Assembly: GCA_964016885.1 (NCBI GenBank)
Contig: OZ024743.1
Location: 115,506,001-115,570,000 of the forward strand
Source: Eledone cirrhosa
Lineage: Eukaryota
DNA: 64,000 bases
Direction: 5' to 3'
The stretch's first letter is position 1, and the number at the start of each line of letters is the position of its first letter. Below, in pieces: positions 42,621 to 57,212 of the stretch. The notes beneath the pieces are model-generated. The model saw only the letters and a list, made by a program, of their open reading frames with translations, searched no databases and was not told the origin of the DNA. Position numbers and translations under genes: made by a program.

Positions 42621-45162
42621 TGTCTCAGCAAATTGACTACACACATTGGCTGTAATGATTATGTGTGTATGTATATGTGTGTTTGGGTAAATTATATTTA
42701 TATATAATATTTGTGTGGGTGTATATATGTTTGTGTGTGTTTATTTAGAAAGGTACATGGACAATAGAATTACAAACACACGCAACTACACACACGCACA
42801 CATACACACACACACATATATATATAAACAGACTAACTTAGAAAAAATAATTATCACATCTATGTGAGGGCTGTGGAAGGAAGGGGTGAGAAAATCAATA
42901 CGAATTCTCTACTTTACACACAGTAAAACCTACAAAGAATAGATCTTCGTTGTCTTCGATGATAAGTTGTCTAGGTGCTCGATCAACTGCTCAGAATATT
43001 TGTAAATTAACGTGTAACTGGCTGGATATTCCATAATCATGTGTACCCTAAACGTTGCTTTCGTGAGAAATACAATGCAACCTAACTCTCAATGAGTCAG
43101 TGGATTTGGGGTTTCGCTAGAACGTTGGATATACTGTTCAGCAGTATTCGTTCAAATAAAGCCAAAGCCATCTATGGTTTTAATCCTTTCGAGGTCGATG
43201 AAAAAATACCAGTTCAAACAATACTGGGCTCAATTCTTGTCTTATATGTCTTTCTTCACTCCTCTCTATTTCTATATCTCTCTTTCGTTGGAGGGATTCG
43301 GCTGTGTTATGACCTAAACACAGGTTTTAAATGCACATCGGCACGCTGTATGTCACTCAAAGATACATAATCCTAACAAAGACATATCGTGAAGTTGTTA
43401 ATATGGATTTATTTCAAGTTTACAATATTCATGATTATTCCTTGAAAATTGTAATCTCTAGTGATTCCTAAAGACTTCTGGAAAATATGAGAAAATCTAT
43501 TCTGGAACATATAACTAGTTTTGTGTTCAGCAAGTTTTATGATTTGGTGTACTTTTGATATTACGAATTTCATTGATTATATATTCAGAATACTGTGGTG
43601 TGTGACAGAATCATGAAATTTGAACAATATTTTAAATATGAAGGTTACAAAACATATTTGTCATATAAGAATGAGGGATGATAAATGTAATACCTTAACA
43701 GTAATACCTGGACTCTACGATTACGTTTCGGAGAAATTCAAAATGAACAATATATATATTTAACTAGCAGTGGAACATGAACCTGACATCTATATATGAC
43801 TCAATATGAGACCTTTGTTGTTTCTCTCAATGCCAGCCTTGATGAGTTGCCCCGTTATCAAAACATATTTACAGGACATTATGCGATGTGTTCCTCACAT
43901 TTCATTAGACGTTAGTGTTCTTTGATTGAGATTTGATTGGTAATACTAGCAGATCAAACCACAGTGCATAGATGCTCCAACATATGTCTTCTGTTTGTTT
44001 GTATGGCAGTGTTAATTTCTCTAACAAGACTACCAGTATTGCTCTTTCAGTAAACGGATTTCAACTGATTCGTTAAACACTCAGAAAAGAGTCGACCATC
44101 ACGACAATAGATACTTAATAAAAGATTATATAGTCTAGACGTGACAATTAACATAATCCGCTCTCCATTATGTTTCAAGTTATTGCAGCCCTCTATAATG
44201 GTGCGTTATCTTTCGTGCATAAAATATACATTATCATATTATTAGTGTTAGTGATGTCGCATTTATTTAATTGCATCTAATCAATGTTTTATGTTTCTTA
44301 CATCATACGTGTTAATACTAATGCAATCAAATAATTAGTTTTGGAATTTCTACATATATTAATGAGTTTTGATTTGAAATCATAGGTAAGATAAAAAGCC
44401 CTTACATCCTGATGTAGTTATAGAGTCGTATCGTGGGCATTTTTGAACGTGCTGGAACCCACCCTCATTCCAAATCTGAAAGCAATGATTCTTATAAAGA
44501 AGGGGAAAGAGTGTGAGTGAGAAAGAGATATAGAGGAAGAATCTACAACAGTAATAAACTGGTACGTAATTTATATATAAATTAGTCATCAACTATGTCG
44601 AGCAGATATTAATAATATTTCAACGCTGCTGATAACACTTAACATGAAACACACACACACACCCACCCACACAGACACCCACGCACACACAGACACACAC
44701 TAACTCACTCACACACACACACACACACACCACACACACCATGATTTCTGTTTTTCCAGTAGATGTGACTAAAATTACGTAAAATTTAGGGAAACCTTAT
44801 ATATAAACTGTACCAACATTTAAAGGGCCATTCTCAAATAAGATTATATCAGGTCGACTCCTCTTGAAGTTAAATATAAAGTTGTATAAGTGACTGTAGA
44901 TTACTCAACAATCTATAGTTTAATGCCATGAAGAGATAGTTCTTTTGGTCGTGACATTGGAATATTTTTCGTCGAATACGTAAACACATAGACGCACATA
45001 CTTGTATATACACGCTAGCGCGCGCACACACCCACGCGAACAAAGACATATATTTCATTTGAAAATTTCCTATACTTATGTATGTATGTATGTATGTATG
45101 TATGTATGTATGTATGTATGTATGTATGTATGTATGTGTATGTATGTATGTATATTTGTATG

Positions 45163-45193
<31 letters not shown>

Positions 45194-45645
45194 CTTTATG
45201 GGTATGCATGTATGTATGTATGTATGTATGACTGTATGTGTGTATGTCTGTATGTAAGTATTAAACTTTTACTGGAGAACCGCCAATGTTGTTACAAGTC
45301 CTACAGCCAGTCGAAATATGTTTGCCATTCATATGAGAAGGAGTTTGTGACTGCTGTATTATTAGTACATCATTTTATGTTTTGTCATGTATATAAGATA
45401 TATATTCATGATTGAAAGCTTAGTTTTTTGAATTGCTGTGTTTGTCTTCTTCTTTACAATCCCATCAACCTTAGCAATAAATAAATCAGCATAGCTGCAA
45501 AACTACAGAGAGAAACAAAATGTAATGTTAACACGCTATTTTGAAATTAGTGAATTATACAATTCAATCACAAACACCACCAATGCGCACATATATCATT
45601 TAAAATGTTCCAAGCTCCCAAACAGCTGATGGAAAAAGCACACAA

Positions 45646-45732
<87 letters not shown>

Positions 45733-45887
45733 ACACAAACACACACACAGACACACACACATACATATATATACATATAGGTATGTATATATATATGTAT
45801 ATATATATATATAAGTTGAAATAAAATGAAAACGAAATTTCATTTCTCACTCTTAGTATGATACGTGCATATATGTATGTGTAACTG

Positions 45888-45929
<42 letters not shown>

Positions 45930-45979
45930 TGCTACTGTACGTTTGTATACATATATGTATGTACGTATACACACATACT

Positions 45980-46020
<41 letters not shown>

Positions 46021-46024
46021 CTAT

Positions 46025-46063
<39 letters not shown>

Positions 46064-46494
46064 AATATATATATATATGAGTGTGTGTATGTATCTATAT
46101 ATGTACGGTGTGTGATTTCCTATGAATATTATGCATAACTGGAGAACACTAGATAAATTATACAAATAACAGTTGAAATTGATGCCAAGGAGTACTCATA
46201 GAGAAACACATACGTATGCGCATGTTCATCCAATCACACAAACAAACACAAACGCACACACATGCACAGACACGCACACACACACACGAACAAACACACA
46301 CACACTCACATATACACACACACACAAACACATACAGAGGCATACATTAATATTGTAACTTTTTTCACATTTCGAAAATCAACATTTCATGCACCGAAAC
46401 AGTGATTCTTTTGATATTTTCAACGTATATAGCGAATGGAATACAAGATTAGGTGTCTGAAAGTTTTGTTTCATGCGACACACACACACACACG

Positions 46495-46567
<73 letters not shown>

Positions 46568-46810
46568 CTTTAAATTGACGGGGTTCTACACCATCTAAAA
46601 TTCTCCGTGTTGACTAATTGAGGGTGATGCCGATATTTCAGACATGAATATATGATTGATATTTATCTAATCGATCCCGGGTGAATGTAACGTACAGTTG
46701 AACTTCAGGTGAAGCGCCTGACTTAAAAATAGCAAGCCTCTATTTCTCCTGACGTTCTATTCATCTTAGTAATATGCTACCGTGTCCAATTTGGTATCAT
46801 TTACCATAAT

Positions 46811-46997
46811 TGTTTCTACTTTTGGCACAAGGCCAGTAATTACCCAGTACATTACTGGTACTTTACTTTATCGACCCCGTAAGGATGAAAGGCAAAGTTA
46901 ACCTCGGCAGGATTTTAACTCAGAATGACAAGGGCCGTAACTCTATGCGTCAAAGCATGGCGTCCAACCCTCTATCGATACTGCCAATCCACCACCC
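46811..46997 (-). mobile_element. SINE family A with TSD
   Basis: TATCATTTACCATAAT flanks both sides. Confidence 0.9.
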
Positions 46998-47219
46998 TAT
47001 CATTTACCATAATGACCAGCAATTTGTAGGAGGATGAAGTTGATTATATCAACCTCATTGTTTCATAGGTATTTTATTCTATCGACATCGAAAGAATGAA
47101 AGGCTAAGAAAACCTCAACGTTATTTTGAATTCAGAACATAAAAGGCCTATCAAATATCACGGATCATTTTTCAGTCGATCTAATGATTCTGCTAATCAG
47201 TTGCCCTGCAATGCTTTCT

Positions 47220-47550
47220 GTGCATGGCTTAGTGGTTAGAGCATTGGGCTTGCAATCGGAAAGTTGTGAGTTCGATTTTTGGACCGGGTGAATCGTTGTG
47301 TCCTTGAGCAAGTCTCTTTATTTCACGTTGCTTCAGTTTACTCAGCTGTATAAATGAGTTGCGACGTCACTGGTGTCAACTTGTATCGGCCATTGCCTTT
47401 CGCTTGGACATCATCGCTGTCATGGAGAGGGGAGGCTGGTATGTATGGGCGAGCGACTGCTGGTCTTCCACAAACAACTTTGCCCGGACTTGTGCCTCGG
47501 AGGGAAACTTTGTAGGTACAAATCCCATGGTCATTCGTGAAAAGGGGTTC
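47220..47550 (+). mobile_element. tRNA-derived SINE family B
   Basis: TGGCTTAGTGGTTAG A box and GAGTTCGATT B box, followed by GTGTCCTTGAGCAAG...TTTATTTCACGTTGCT. A second head occurs at 49570-49687 (-). Confidence 0.8.
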
Positions 47551-48431
47551 TCAAAATTGCTTTCTAACTTAGATAGAAGATTCGCAATGAATGCTGCGGA
47601 GAGGTTAAACTCAATTAAATCGACTTGAGCGCTTTAGTGGTACTTTCTTTATCGAAGCTAGAAGGACGAAAATCAAAGTTGACCTGGATCTAATTTTAAT
47701 TCGGATCACAGACATTGCAAATCTTGCTATACGAAGTTTTAACTTACCTATCATGCTATCCAAAGCTCTGCTAACCCACCGCTTTCATATTGCAATATGA
47801 AATTAATGATAAGTGTAATTAATATACTGAATATTAATGTCCTACATAAATGTTGCAATGTTTAAATATTTTAAAAAAATCAAGGCGATTTGCCAATGAG
47901 AAAGTTGTTCTTCGCTATCAATAAATTTATTATCAACAACAAATAAACAACAGAATCCAGAAACCAAACCAAGGATTATCATATGAATAAAATCTAAGCT
48001 TTTATATGACAGTTTATAAATTTATATCTTGTTGCATACAAGTCCTAATCTTTTAAATAACGTATTGGACCGTGAAATCGATTGTTATATGCCTTTTCGT
48101 ACAATGTGTCCCAGTTCTACTTCTTTCTATTTACTTGTAAGCTAATTATTTACGTTTGTCAGGTACACATACCAGACAAAAAATATTCAAACATACATAA
48201 AAGTATTCAGACGAAGATACACACATTTATATATATATATATAGGAAACGAGTCAGGACCCCTACGGCTGAGCTCCAACCTTTTCGATAGCAAGATCCGA
48301 ACTAAACCAGCGGTATTAGAACGGTAGGAATGTTGGTGAACTTATCAAGGGGTACAGTCCATTTATTGGCATGCAGTCAAAACAAAAAGAGCACAAATAT
48401 CAAACCAAATAGTCTTCACATTTATTATTAT

Positions 48432-48474
<43 letters not shown>

Positions 48475-48479
<5 letters not shown>

Positions 48480-48677
48480 GTGGTTACACAACAGTTATTT
48501 CACCATACCGAGAACAATTGTTTCACCTTAGCGGATCCTCAGCTCGTAATTGTGATCCGCTAAGGTGAAACAATTGTTCTCGGTATGCTGAACTAACTGT
48601 TGTGAAACCACTTCTACCTAACTCGTCCCATGGCCTGAGTGTTCTACCACTACGGATATTACCTTCCAGTGTTCTAC

Positions 48678-48680
<3 letters not shown>
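48475..48680. mobile_element. Fold-back element in (TA)n with hammerhead fold
   Basis: Arms 48475-48537 and 48554-48616, a 64-bp tail, and (TA)n on both sides. Confidence 0.85.
48509..48546 (-). ncRNA. Minimal type I hammerhead ribozyme fold
   Basis: CGAG-CTGAGGA-TCC-GCTAA-GGT-GAAA-CAATTG-TT|CTCG. Confidence 0.75.
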
Positions 48681-48746
<66 letters not shown>

Positions 48747-49569
48747 CCAAGTTCTTCAACTGCCAAGTTCTTCAATTTTCCCCTGAAAAACGTTTCCACC
48801 GGTCACCTCTATATTAAAGGTTTAAAAGCATACATCAATGTATCCAGATATCCCGATAGTAAATTTAGCGCACAATAAAAATTATAACCATAAAATGTCA
48901 CTTTACAAACCAGTAACAGAACGTTACGAATTTTTGAACTCTTACAAAACAATATAAATGAACAATTTTGCATTAAGGATTACTTTATGGAAAGTAATGT
49001 ACAAATTAGAAACATAAAATAATTTGGCACAAATATATAATCAATGCTATCCCTGCGTTTTCATGCAGTCCCCACCACGGAAATGATGCAGGACCTGATG
49101 TAGCAGAAGAATAAAGAAAACGAACGGTCGGCGCCTAGACAAGAAAGGCAGTCCCTTGCCAAGTCGAAAAGCGACGTGAACAAACAGTGAGTTCCACGAC
49201 AAAATTAGAATGTTATATGTATATGTATATATATGTGTGATTGTGTGTGTGTGTATATATATATATATGTGTGTGTACGTATGGATATTTTCATTTATGT
49301 ATCAGCTGTGTTAGGGTGAGAAATAAATTCTAATTTTATTTTTAGTTTTCAAAACATTCAGCCGTAACTCGCTTAGTATGGAAACTATATATATATATAA
49401 ATATATGTATATATGTATACAGATATATATATATCAATATAAATTATTATTATTATTATATATATCTTTGAGCGATCGACTTTCGTCAAATCGGACCGAG
49501 GAAACAAAGTTTCCGTTGGTCTTTCCAATTGCTAATACTATCTATCGGTCGCAACTCCAGGTAGTAGGA

Positions 49570-49687
49570 GCAACGTGAAATAAAGTGTCTTGCTCAAGGA
49601 CATAACGCATCGGCCGGTCCAGGAATTGAACTCACAACCTTACGATTGCGAATCCAATTCTCTAACCACTCAGCCACATGCCTTCAC
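49570..49687 (-). mobile_element. SINE family B 5' part
   Basis: Reverse complement reads TGGCTGAGTGGTTAGAG...GAGTTCAATTCC...GTCCTTGAGCAAGACACTTTATTTCACGTTGCT. Confidence 0.8.
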
Positions 49688-51057
49688 TATTATATATATA
49701 TATATATTAATATATATATATATATATTATCATGCATAAGATGAGGTTTTACATCGGTCGCAATTTCCTTTATACGTTGAGAACTTGTGTTATTACTAAG
49801 TAGAATTGTCCTGATAATTGTTTAAGGCATTTTATGCATAACAATCGAGAGAACGTCTTCAATAGTAGGTCGAGGTCATGTTTCTCCTATAACATGGGAC
49901 TTACCGGCCTTTGCGATCAGAAATGCAATGTTATATGGCGCAATCTTCCCGATAACCGGCTGAGTAGTTTCTTTCTTAAATTCCAAGATCAAAGTTTTTC
50001 GCTTTTAGAAAGCGGTCTTAAGTTGTAAAAAATATAACAATGGTTTTTACATATGATCAGCACCCTTAGAATATAAATGATATTTTAAGTGTGAAGGCTT
50101 TATGCCTTCGTTGCATAAAGTTTGGTTGCATATAAGGTACATAGGTAATTGACTGCTCTAATAAGAAACGATACATGAAGGTACCATTCAATGCCTTATT
50201 TATATAACAAAATGTTATTTCGCCCGAAGAACTATACGAATGATAATGACTCATCTCAAATCTATAGAAACTACAACATATTCATTGTTTGTAGAATTCT
50301 TTATATTATCTAGGAATGTGGACAAGTTATCCTCGTTTAGGCTCCTGTGTTTTTATACATATTCTTTGCATATACCCTTTGAATATTTCTTTTCAATAGC
50401 ATATCTTGAAATACTTTCTTAAAATTCAAAATACTATATCTCACAACACAACTTCCAATCGACCTCCATTTGTTAAGTTGCTTACCAATCACCCAACAGT
50501 TGAAATCTCACAGACACACAAACACACACACACACACCCACACACATATATATATATATATGTATATAAAGATAAATATAAATAAATAAATATACACCCC
50601 CCATATATATATATATATATATATATATGGGGGGGGGGGGGCGTACGCTAAAAAGATATCGACCTATAGGCATTCATATTGACAAGGTGACGATTACATT
50701 TATCATTTCAGAAAGTGAGAAGAGTTATAGATCTTGTAAAGTAAACGATTGGAAGATACATAACTCGGCTCAGATATTTCTTATTCCTACAGCAGTATCT
50801 ACTTACCAGCGTCCTCATTTGTATATTTGCATATCTTACCGATTTACATAAACAATATATTCTATTCCATATTGACAAAGATAAGTTGTTGCATGAGATT
50901 ACAAACTTGCTGCATATATTATTAAGAGCTTCGGGTATTTCTTAATCATATTTCAAATTTAAATACGTGAGAGTATGATAAAGTTAATGACAATATTAAC
51001 ATCAAAAATACTAATTTGAATATGCAAATATTATATTATGTATATGAATGAATAACA

Positions 51058-51102
<45 letters not shown>

Positions 51103-51126
51103 TATTTACATATCATATACACACAG

Positions 51127-51237
<111 letters not shown>

Positions 51238-51424
51238 GTAACATTTAAACGCGAGTGTGTGTAACAGTGTAGTGTTTTGAATGGCTGCATACTTAAGATT
51301 CTGTATATATACAAAAATAATTATATAATACCTGGCATGAGATATTGACACACATGTGAATATACATACATACTTACATAATTTAATCAACACAGAGACA
51401 CGCATAGACACTTACACACACGTG

Positions 51425-51466
<42 letters not shown>

Positions 51467-51899
51467 AAACAAACAGAAATAACAACACAATCGGTACAGT
51501 ATATGAAAGGGATATATTATGCATACATGCATACACATATGTATATATATATATATATCGTATGTGCGCCGCTAAAAGCTGAAATGAAGGAAAGAAAGGG
51601 AAAAAATCAATTTATAAACATATATTTCAATTTTCTCTTGATACGAACAAGCAAATTGTATTTTCAAGTTTACATCCTTTTTGGCATTGCCGTTATTCAA
51701 GAGATTCTGCTCTCACAAACGAGTTATGCCTTAAACACATCCATAGGGCTGGACGCAGTGGAGCTACACGTGATGCTGCTTGAAAAGCCTCCACTCAACA
51801 ATCTCCCTTTCTCTCTCAACATTTAAAGATGTCTTCGAAAGTGGGAGGCTTTAACTCTTGTGTAAATCCTTAAACAGACACACATATTTTCAATGAATT

Positions 51900-52545
51900 A
51901 AGTCTTAATCCACCCGAAAAAAAAGAACTGCAGTAGATGTCCTCCCATTTACGTTGGACATCTGTATACACAACCAAACAGCGGGGCATGACACAATTCG
52001 ATGTTCTCCTTATCAACCGGCACCCTTCTTGATAATACGTGCACTTTAATTGGAGAATCCAAGTGCCGTCTCGGCCTTAGGGTTTGCGAAAACACATATG
52101 TCCTTGTGAGACTGTATTTGACGAGCTCGGCGAGCACACGCTATCATGCCGACGTAACGCAGCCACCCCTCCTGACATCATCAAGAAAAGCCACGTCGAA
52201 GTAACCGTCATGCCATTTGAGGTAGTTAAATCTCTAATGTCGGACGCAACAAGTTGTGACTCATTCTCTACCGTCAGGCTTGTCGCTTCAGGCGCAAAGC
52301 GTATTAACACTACCCACTAAACAGACGAGAAGACAATAAACAAATACAGGGGCTTGACCGACTGCTACGTTTTCGAACTGGTCAACGTCAAGACCACTGT
52401 TGTCCATGGTTCCTGCACTGCCGATTTCCTACGCAAAATCGGGTAAACACCTGCCCACATTAGGAAGGAAGTACATATGCTTCGCTGGCTGTTGCATAGG
52501 TGCGGCTGGCTATTCTCCATGACAATGCCTTCGTCCTTCTGGCCG
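51900..52545 (+). mobile_element. CRE-clade non-LTR retrotransposon 3' fragment (degenerate)
   Basis: SGA*HNS..GTLLDN..RLGLRVCE.HICPCETVFDELGEHTLSC, DATSCDSF, KYRGL..YVFELVNVKT and RLAILHDNA match the CRE zinc-knuckle/RLE C-terminus. Confidence 0.75.
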
Positions 52546-53228
52546 CGAGGGGACGGCCGAATAACTGCTTAGACTGGAGTGTAGAGACCTACCGTCCCTT
52601 CTGCCCTTCCTTCATTGCTTCATTCTCATTTTTTTTCTTTTTGTATTTCCTTTTCTTATTGATTTCATTTAAATATTATACATTTTTAATTGTAAACATT
52701 ATTTGATAATTACTATGAATAAACATATAGACTTGGAAAAATAAGTGTAAAGAAAATATAAATACTGTGTCTAATTTGTATAGATCTTAATAAAAACTGA
52801 TGGGATCGATTATCAAACAACAATAACGTTAAACAATACTTTCCCCGTGTCTTTACATACGATTTCTGTTACAAATGTTTCTATACATATTTAAAAGTGT
52901 TCATATATTAAAATATATTTACTTTCCTTTGTGTTTGATGTGTTTTCTTTATTGGCTTCCTGTCGCCAATATAATTTTCTATTTCGTTTCTAATTCTTCA
53001 TTGAAAGGCTTTTGGATAAATTGGCGCCACTGTTTATTGATTGTACTTTGTATTATATTTGTTTAAAGTGAGAGTTAAATCTGCATTTGGATGAATCAGG
53101 AAAACTTAATTGTGGAAATATATACTATAATTCTGTGTAATCAAAGAAAAATTAATGCAAGAAAATGAACTGAATAGAAATAGAAAATAGCTGCATTATA
53201 ATGAAAGCCCTTGATCATACAATAATAA

Positions 53229-54210
53229 TGGTTTCTTATATAGGCACAAGGGCATCAATTATTTTGGTGGGGAAAGTTGATTAAATCGACCCCAGTGAGT
53301 CACTGGTACTTTATTTTGTCTACCCCGTAAGGATGAAAGGCAAAGTTAACCTCGGCGGTATTTGAACTCAGATCATAAAGGGCCGTAATTCTATGCAGCA
53401 AAGCGTGGCGTGTGGTGCTATACCGATACTGTCAGTCAAACAATAATAATTGTTTCTACTTTTGGCACAAGGCCAGCAATCATCCGAGTGCATTACTGGT
53501 ACTTTATTTTATGGACCCCGTAAGGATGAAAGGCAAAGTGAACTTCGGCGAGATTTGAAATCAGATCGTAAAGGACCATAACTCCACGCTGCAAACCATG
53601 GCGTCCGATCCTCTAACGATACTGCCAATCCACTGGATTTCTAGTATACGCACAAGGCCAGTAATTTTTTGGGGGGAGGGGAAAGTCGATTAAATTGACC
53701 CCAGTACATTACTGCTGCTTTATTTCATCGACCCCGTAAGGATGAAAGGCAAAGTTAACCTCGGCGGGATTTGAACTCAGACTGTAAAGGGACGTAACTA
53801 TGCTAGAAAGCATGGCGTCCAACCTTCTACCGATATTGCCAATTCACCGCCCCTAAATACCGAAATAATGCTTTCTGATTTAGGTACAAGACCAACGATT
53901 TTGTTGTTATGGGAAATTTGATTAAATTGACGCCAGTACGCTACTAGTAATTTATTTTATTGAATCCTAATTTTGGAAGGCAAAGCTAAACACGACGGGA
54001 TTTGAACTGAGAATATAAACGACCGTAACTAAATGCCCGAAAACTATGGGGAATGAAGAATCGATTTTATTGACCTAAGTATTTGACTGGTAATTTATTT
54101 TATTAACCTCGGAAGGATAATATCAAATTTGAACTCTCCGGAATTTTTACTCACAGTGTAAACACTTAAAAGAAATGCTGAAATGTATTTTATCCGACGC
54201 TCTAGCGATT
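53229..54210 (-). mobile_element. Head-to-tail cluster of ~5 SINE family A copies of differing divergence
   Basis: GACCCCGTAAGGATGAAAGGCAAAGT-type cores at ~53320, 53512 and 53730, with decayed versions at ~53960 and 54105. Confidence 0.85.
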
Positions 54211-54549
54211 CGTTCGTTCCAGCGACATTTTGATTATACATCAGATTAAGGTATGAATTAGTAATTTACCGTACCGGCCGAATATAAGTGTAAAATGTAA
54301 AAAGAAAAAAATGATATACGAAAAACAACTCTAGGCAATGATAATAAAGAATTATAAAATTAATAATTGTACAAGGACACCAAATCATGGAAATATAAAT
54401 AAATAATACTAACAATGGCGAGGCTTAAAAGATTATGATTTCTAGATTAGTTTCAAGGGCTCAGTTACATATTTATAGAAATAAAGCGTTGAAACATGGT
54501 GCTTACAACAACAAAATGTAAACTGTACGATGGTAGCTGATCAATATGC

Positions 54550-54595
<46 letters not shown>

Positions 54596-54601
<6 letters not shown>

Positions 54602-54838
54602 ATGTAATAAACAACATAAGGCAATTATTCCATTTACCAGTGGTTTCTTAAAAGCAAAAGGTTTCGCTTTCAATCCTCAGAACGAAGAGGATTGAAAGCA
54701 AAACCTTTTGCTTTTAAGAAACCACTGGTAAATGGAATAATTGCCTTATGTTGTTTATTACATAATAATAATTAAGCTCTGTTGCTTACATAGAGCACTC
54801 TTTTTTCCTGGACTTTTCCGACGGAATTACTTCACACA
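54596..54838. mobile_element. Fold-back element in (TA)n with hammerhead fold
   Basis: Near-identical arms ~54596-54678 and ~54687-54770, a ~68-bp tail, and (TA)n on both sides. Confidence 0.85.
54631..54684 (-). ncRNA. Type I hammerhead ribozyme fold
   Basis: CGTT-CTGAGGA-TTGAAAGCGAAA-CC-TTTTGCTTTTAA-GAAA-CCACTGG-TA|AATG. Confidence 0.75.
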
Positions 54839-55014
54839 TATATATATATATATACTCCATTTACTTCAAGCGTGAACCTAGTATAACTGTGTAATTTTCC
54901 TTCCTCTATTCTGTTTTGTTCATTAATATATATATATATATATATATATATAAACATATATAAACGCACGCACTCACATATATGTATATATGTATGAATG
55001 TATGAATGTATGTA

Positions 55015-55630
55015 TGCTGTGTCAGGTCACCAGTTGGTGCTACTGGTAACATGTATCCAAGTACAACCTGTCTCATGGTCGGGTCGTTGGCGACTAAAGT
55101 GGAACCCCACCAAGGTTTCTTGGTGAGCAGGGTGACTTTGGACATCCTCCAGGACTAAAATCAAAACCTGTCAAATGGGCAAAGGAGCTCTTAAGAGTCA
55201 ATGGCCATCCAAAATCATCGGGAGAGATGACCCCTTAGCCTTTGTCAAGGCAGGATTCTAGGAGAAGGAAAACTCTGATATAACACCTGCAACTCTGATG
55301 GTATCCAATGATGTTGACTTGTTCTTCTTTTTGGTAAATATCATTTTGGTTAAGAGAGTGGGACTGGCTTTGTGCAGTGCCTTTGCTCACTATAAAAGCT
55401 TCACGGCACAGGCATTGCTTTATATCTGGAGATCTCTCTGCACTTGTCGTCGCATGGTACCAAGGGCCCAGCACTATGTGTCAATAATTGTCACAAGTGT
55501 AGTGTTTGTACCAGCGCTTTCACGTCGCTGGCTGGACTAAAAAGTCACACTCGTTCAGCGCATCGGTAAGGGTTCTCCTACATGGATATAAAGTAGTGGC
55601 CGTACTCGAAAACGAGTTGGCAGCCACCAT
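55015..55630 (+). mobile_element. Probable RTE-LINE 5' UTR-like remnant
   Basis: GC-richer island containing CTAGGAGAAGGAAAACTCTG, a motif I associate with RTE 5' regions. No coding support. Confidence 0.35.
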
Positions 55631-56451
55631 GTATGTATATAGAATAAAATCTCATACACAATATTTAGCTATGGAATAATTTAAAAAAAATGGTGGTTGT
55701 CGCCATTACAATGAACATTATTTGGTCTGAAATACGATTATAAGCAACCAGTCATTTTCTATATCAACATATTCAATTAATAACGTTGCCTTTAAATTAT
55801 ATTATTCTTGATGTCGTATTTTGAAGAATCTATAAAATGGAAAAATGGATTTATTTATTTATATTCTCTCAATTCGTGTAATTGTTAACTTGGCAAAATT
55901 ACAAAATATAATAACATATAAGGGAATATATCATCTGGATTTGTTTTTATATCTACGAGTTTCCTGATGGCAAGTTATAGACATTGAAGATGTATATCAA
56001 CTGTATTAATCTTATATATCTGCGAGAATCTGCGAACGTCTTATACATATGTTTGAACTGGTAACGCCTAAATGCAGTCTTAGAGGTGGCGTGGTGGTAT
56101 ACGACCTGTCTATGGTATATTAAACCTTGCGGATCACATGTCTGAATACAGCCGATTTGCTCAAAGGAATAAAAGGTGAGAGTGATAGAGAGGTTGTGAA
56201 AACTGATATAGGGAAAGTATCTATCCCACTATTAGACAGATATTATTGTATTGAACTCGAATAGATGAAAGATAAAGTTGATCTTGGCACGATCTCGGCA
56301 GATTTGAAATCAGGGAGCGCAGTGATTGGTAACGAATATCGCAACACATTTATTCGTCATCCAATCGATTCTGTTAAATGCAAACCTCATGGTAGCAGCC
56401 TATCCCTCCTAAATATGACATATAAATATATATTTTAGTCGTCTAAATAAT

Positions 56452-56898
56452 TGTATCTACTTTAGGCACAAGGCTAGCAATTATCCAGTACATTACTGGT
56501 ACCTTATTTTATCGACCCCGTAAGGATGTAAGGCAAAGTTAACCTAGACGGGATCTGAACTCAGATGTAACTATGATAGAAAGCATGGCGTCCAATCCTC
56601 AACCGATACTGCCAATTTACCGCCCTCATTGTCTAAATAATTGTTTCTACTTTTGGCACAAGGCCACCAATTAACCAGTACATGACTGGTACCTTATTTT
56701 ATCGACCCCGTAAGGATGTAAGGCAAAGTTAACCTCGACGGGATCTGAACTCAGACGTAACTATAATAGAAAGCATGGCGTCCAATCCTCAACCGATACT
56801 GCCAATTTACCGCCCTCATTGTCTAAATAATTGTTTCTACTTTTGGCACAAGGCCAGCAATTACCAGTACATTACTGGTACTTTATTTTATCGACCCC
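56452..56898 (-). mobile_element. Tandem SINE family A array (2 full + 1 partial)
   Basis: ~190-bp period, with units separated by GTCTAAATAAT. Confidence 0.9.
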
Positions 56899-57212
56899 AA
56901 CCTTTCACGACATTGCTGAAATTACAGCATCCATTGCCATATAAAATGAAATGGGTTTATCATTGAATATGTTGCAAAATATAATTTTGTTTTGTTCTAT
57001 CATTCGTGATTAAATATATAGAAAACACATATAATGGTTTCTATTTTAAGAAAAAGGTCAGCAATCTTTAATGATTGGGGCCGAGGTAGAACGAGAGAAA
57101 TAGTCCATTATATTGACCTCATCGACCCCGAAATGATTAAAGGCAAATTTGACCTCGGTGGGATTTGAACTCAGAAAGTAAAGAATCAGGATAAAGAGCA
57201 AACACTCTATAC

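Noticed and set aside
49068-49186. Exon-like segment bounded by CAG and GTGAGT
   Set aside because: All three plus-strand frames contain stops.
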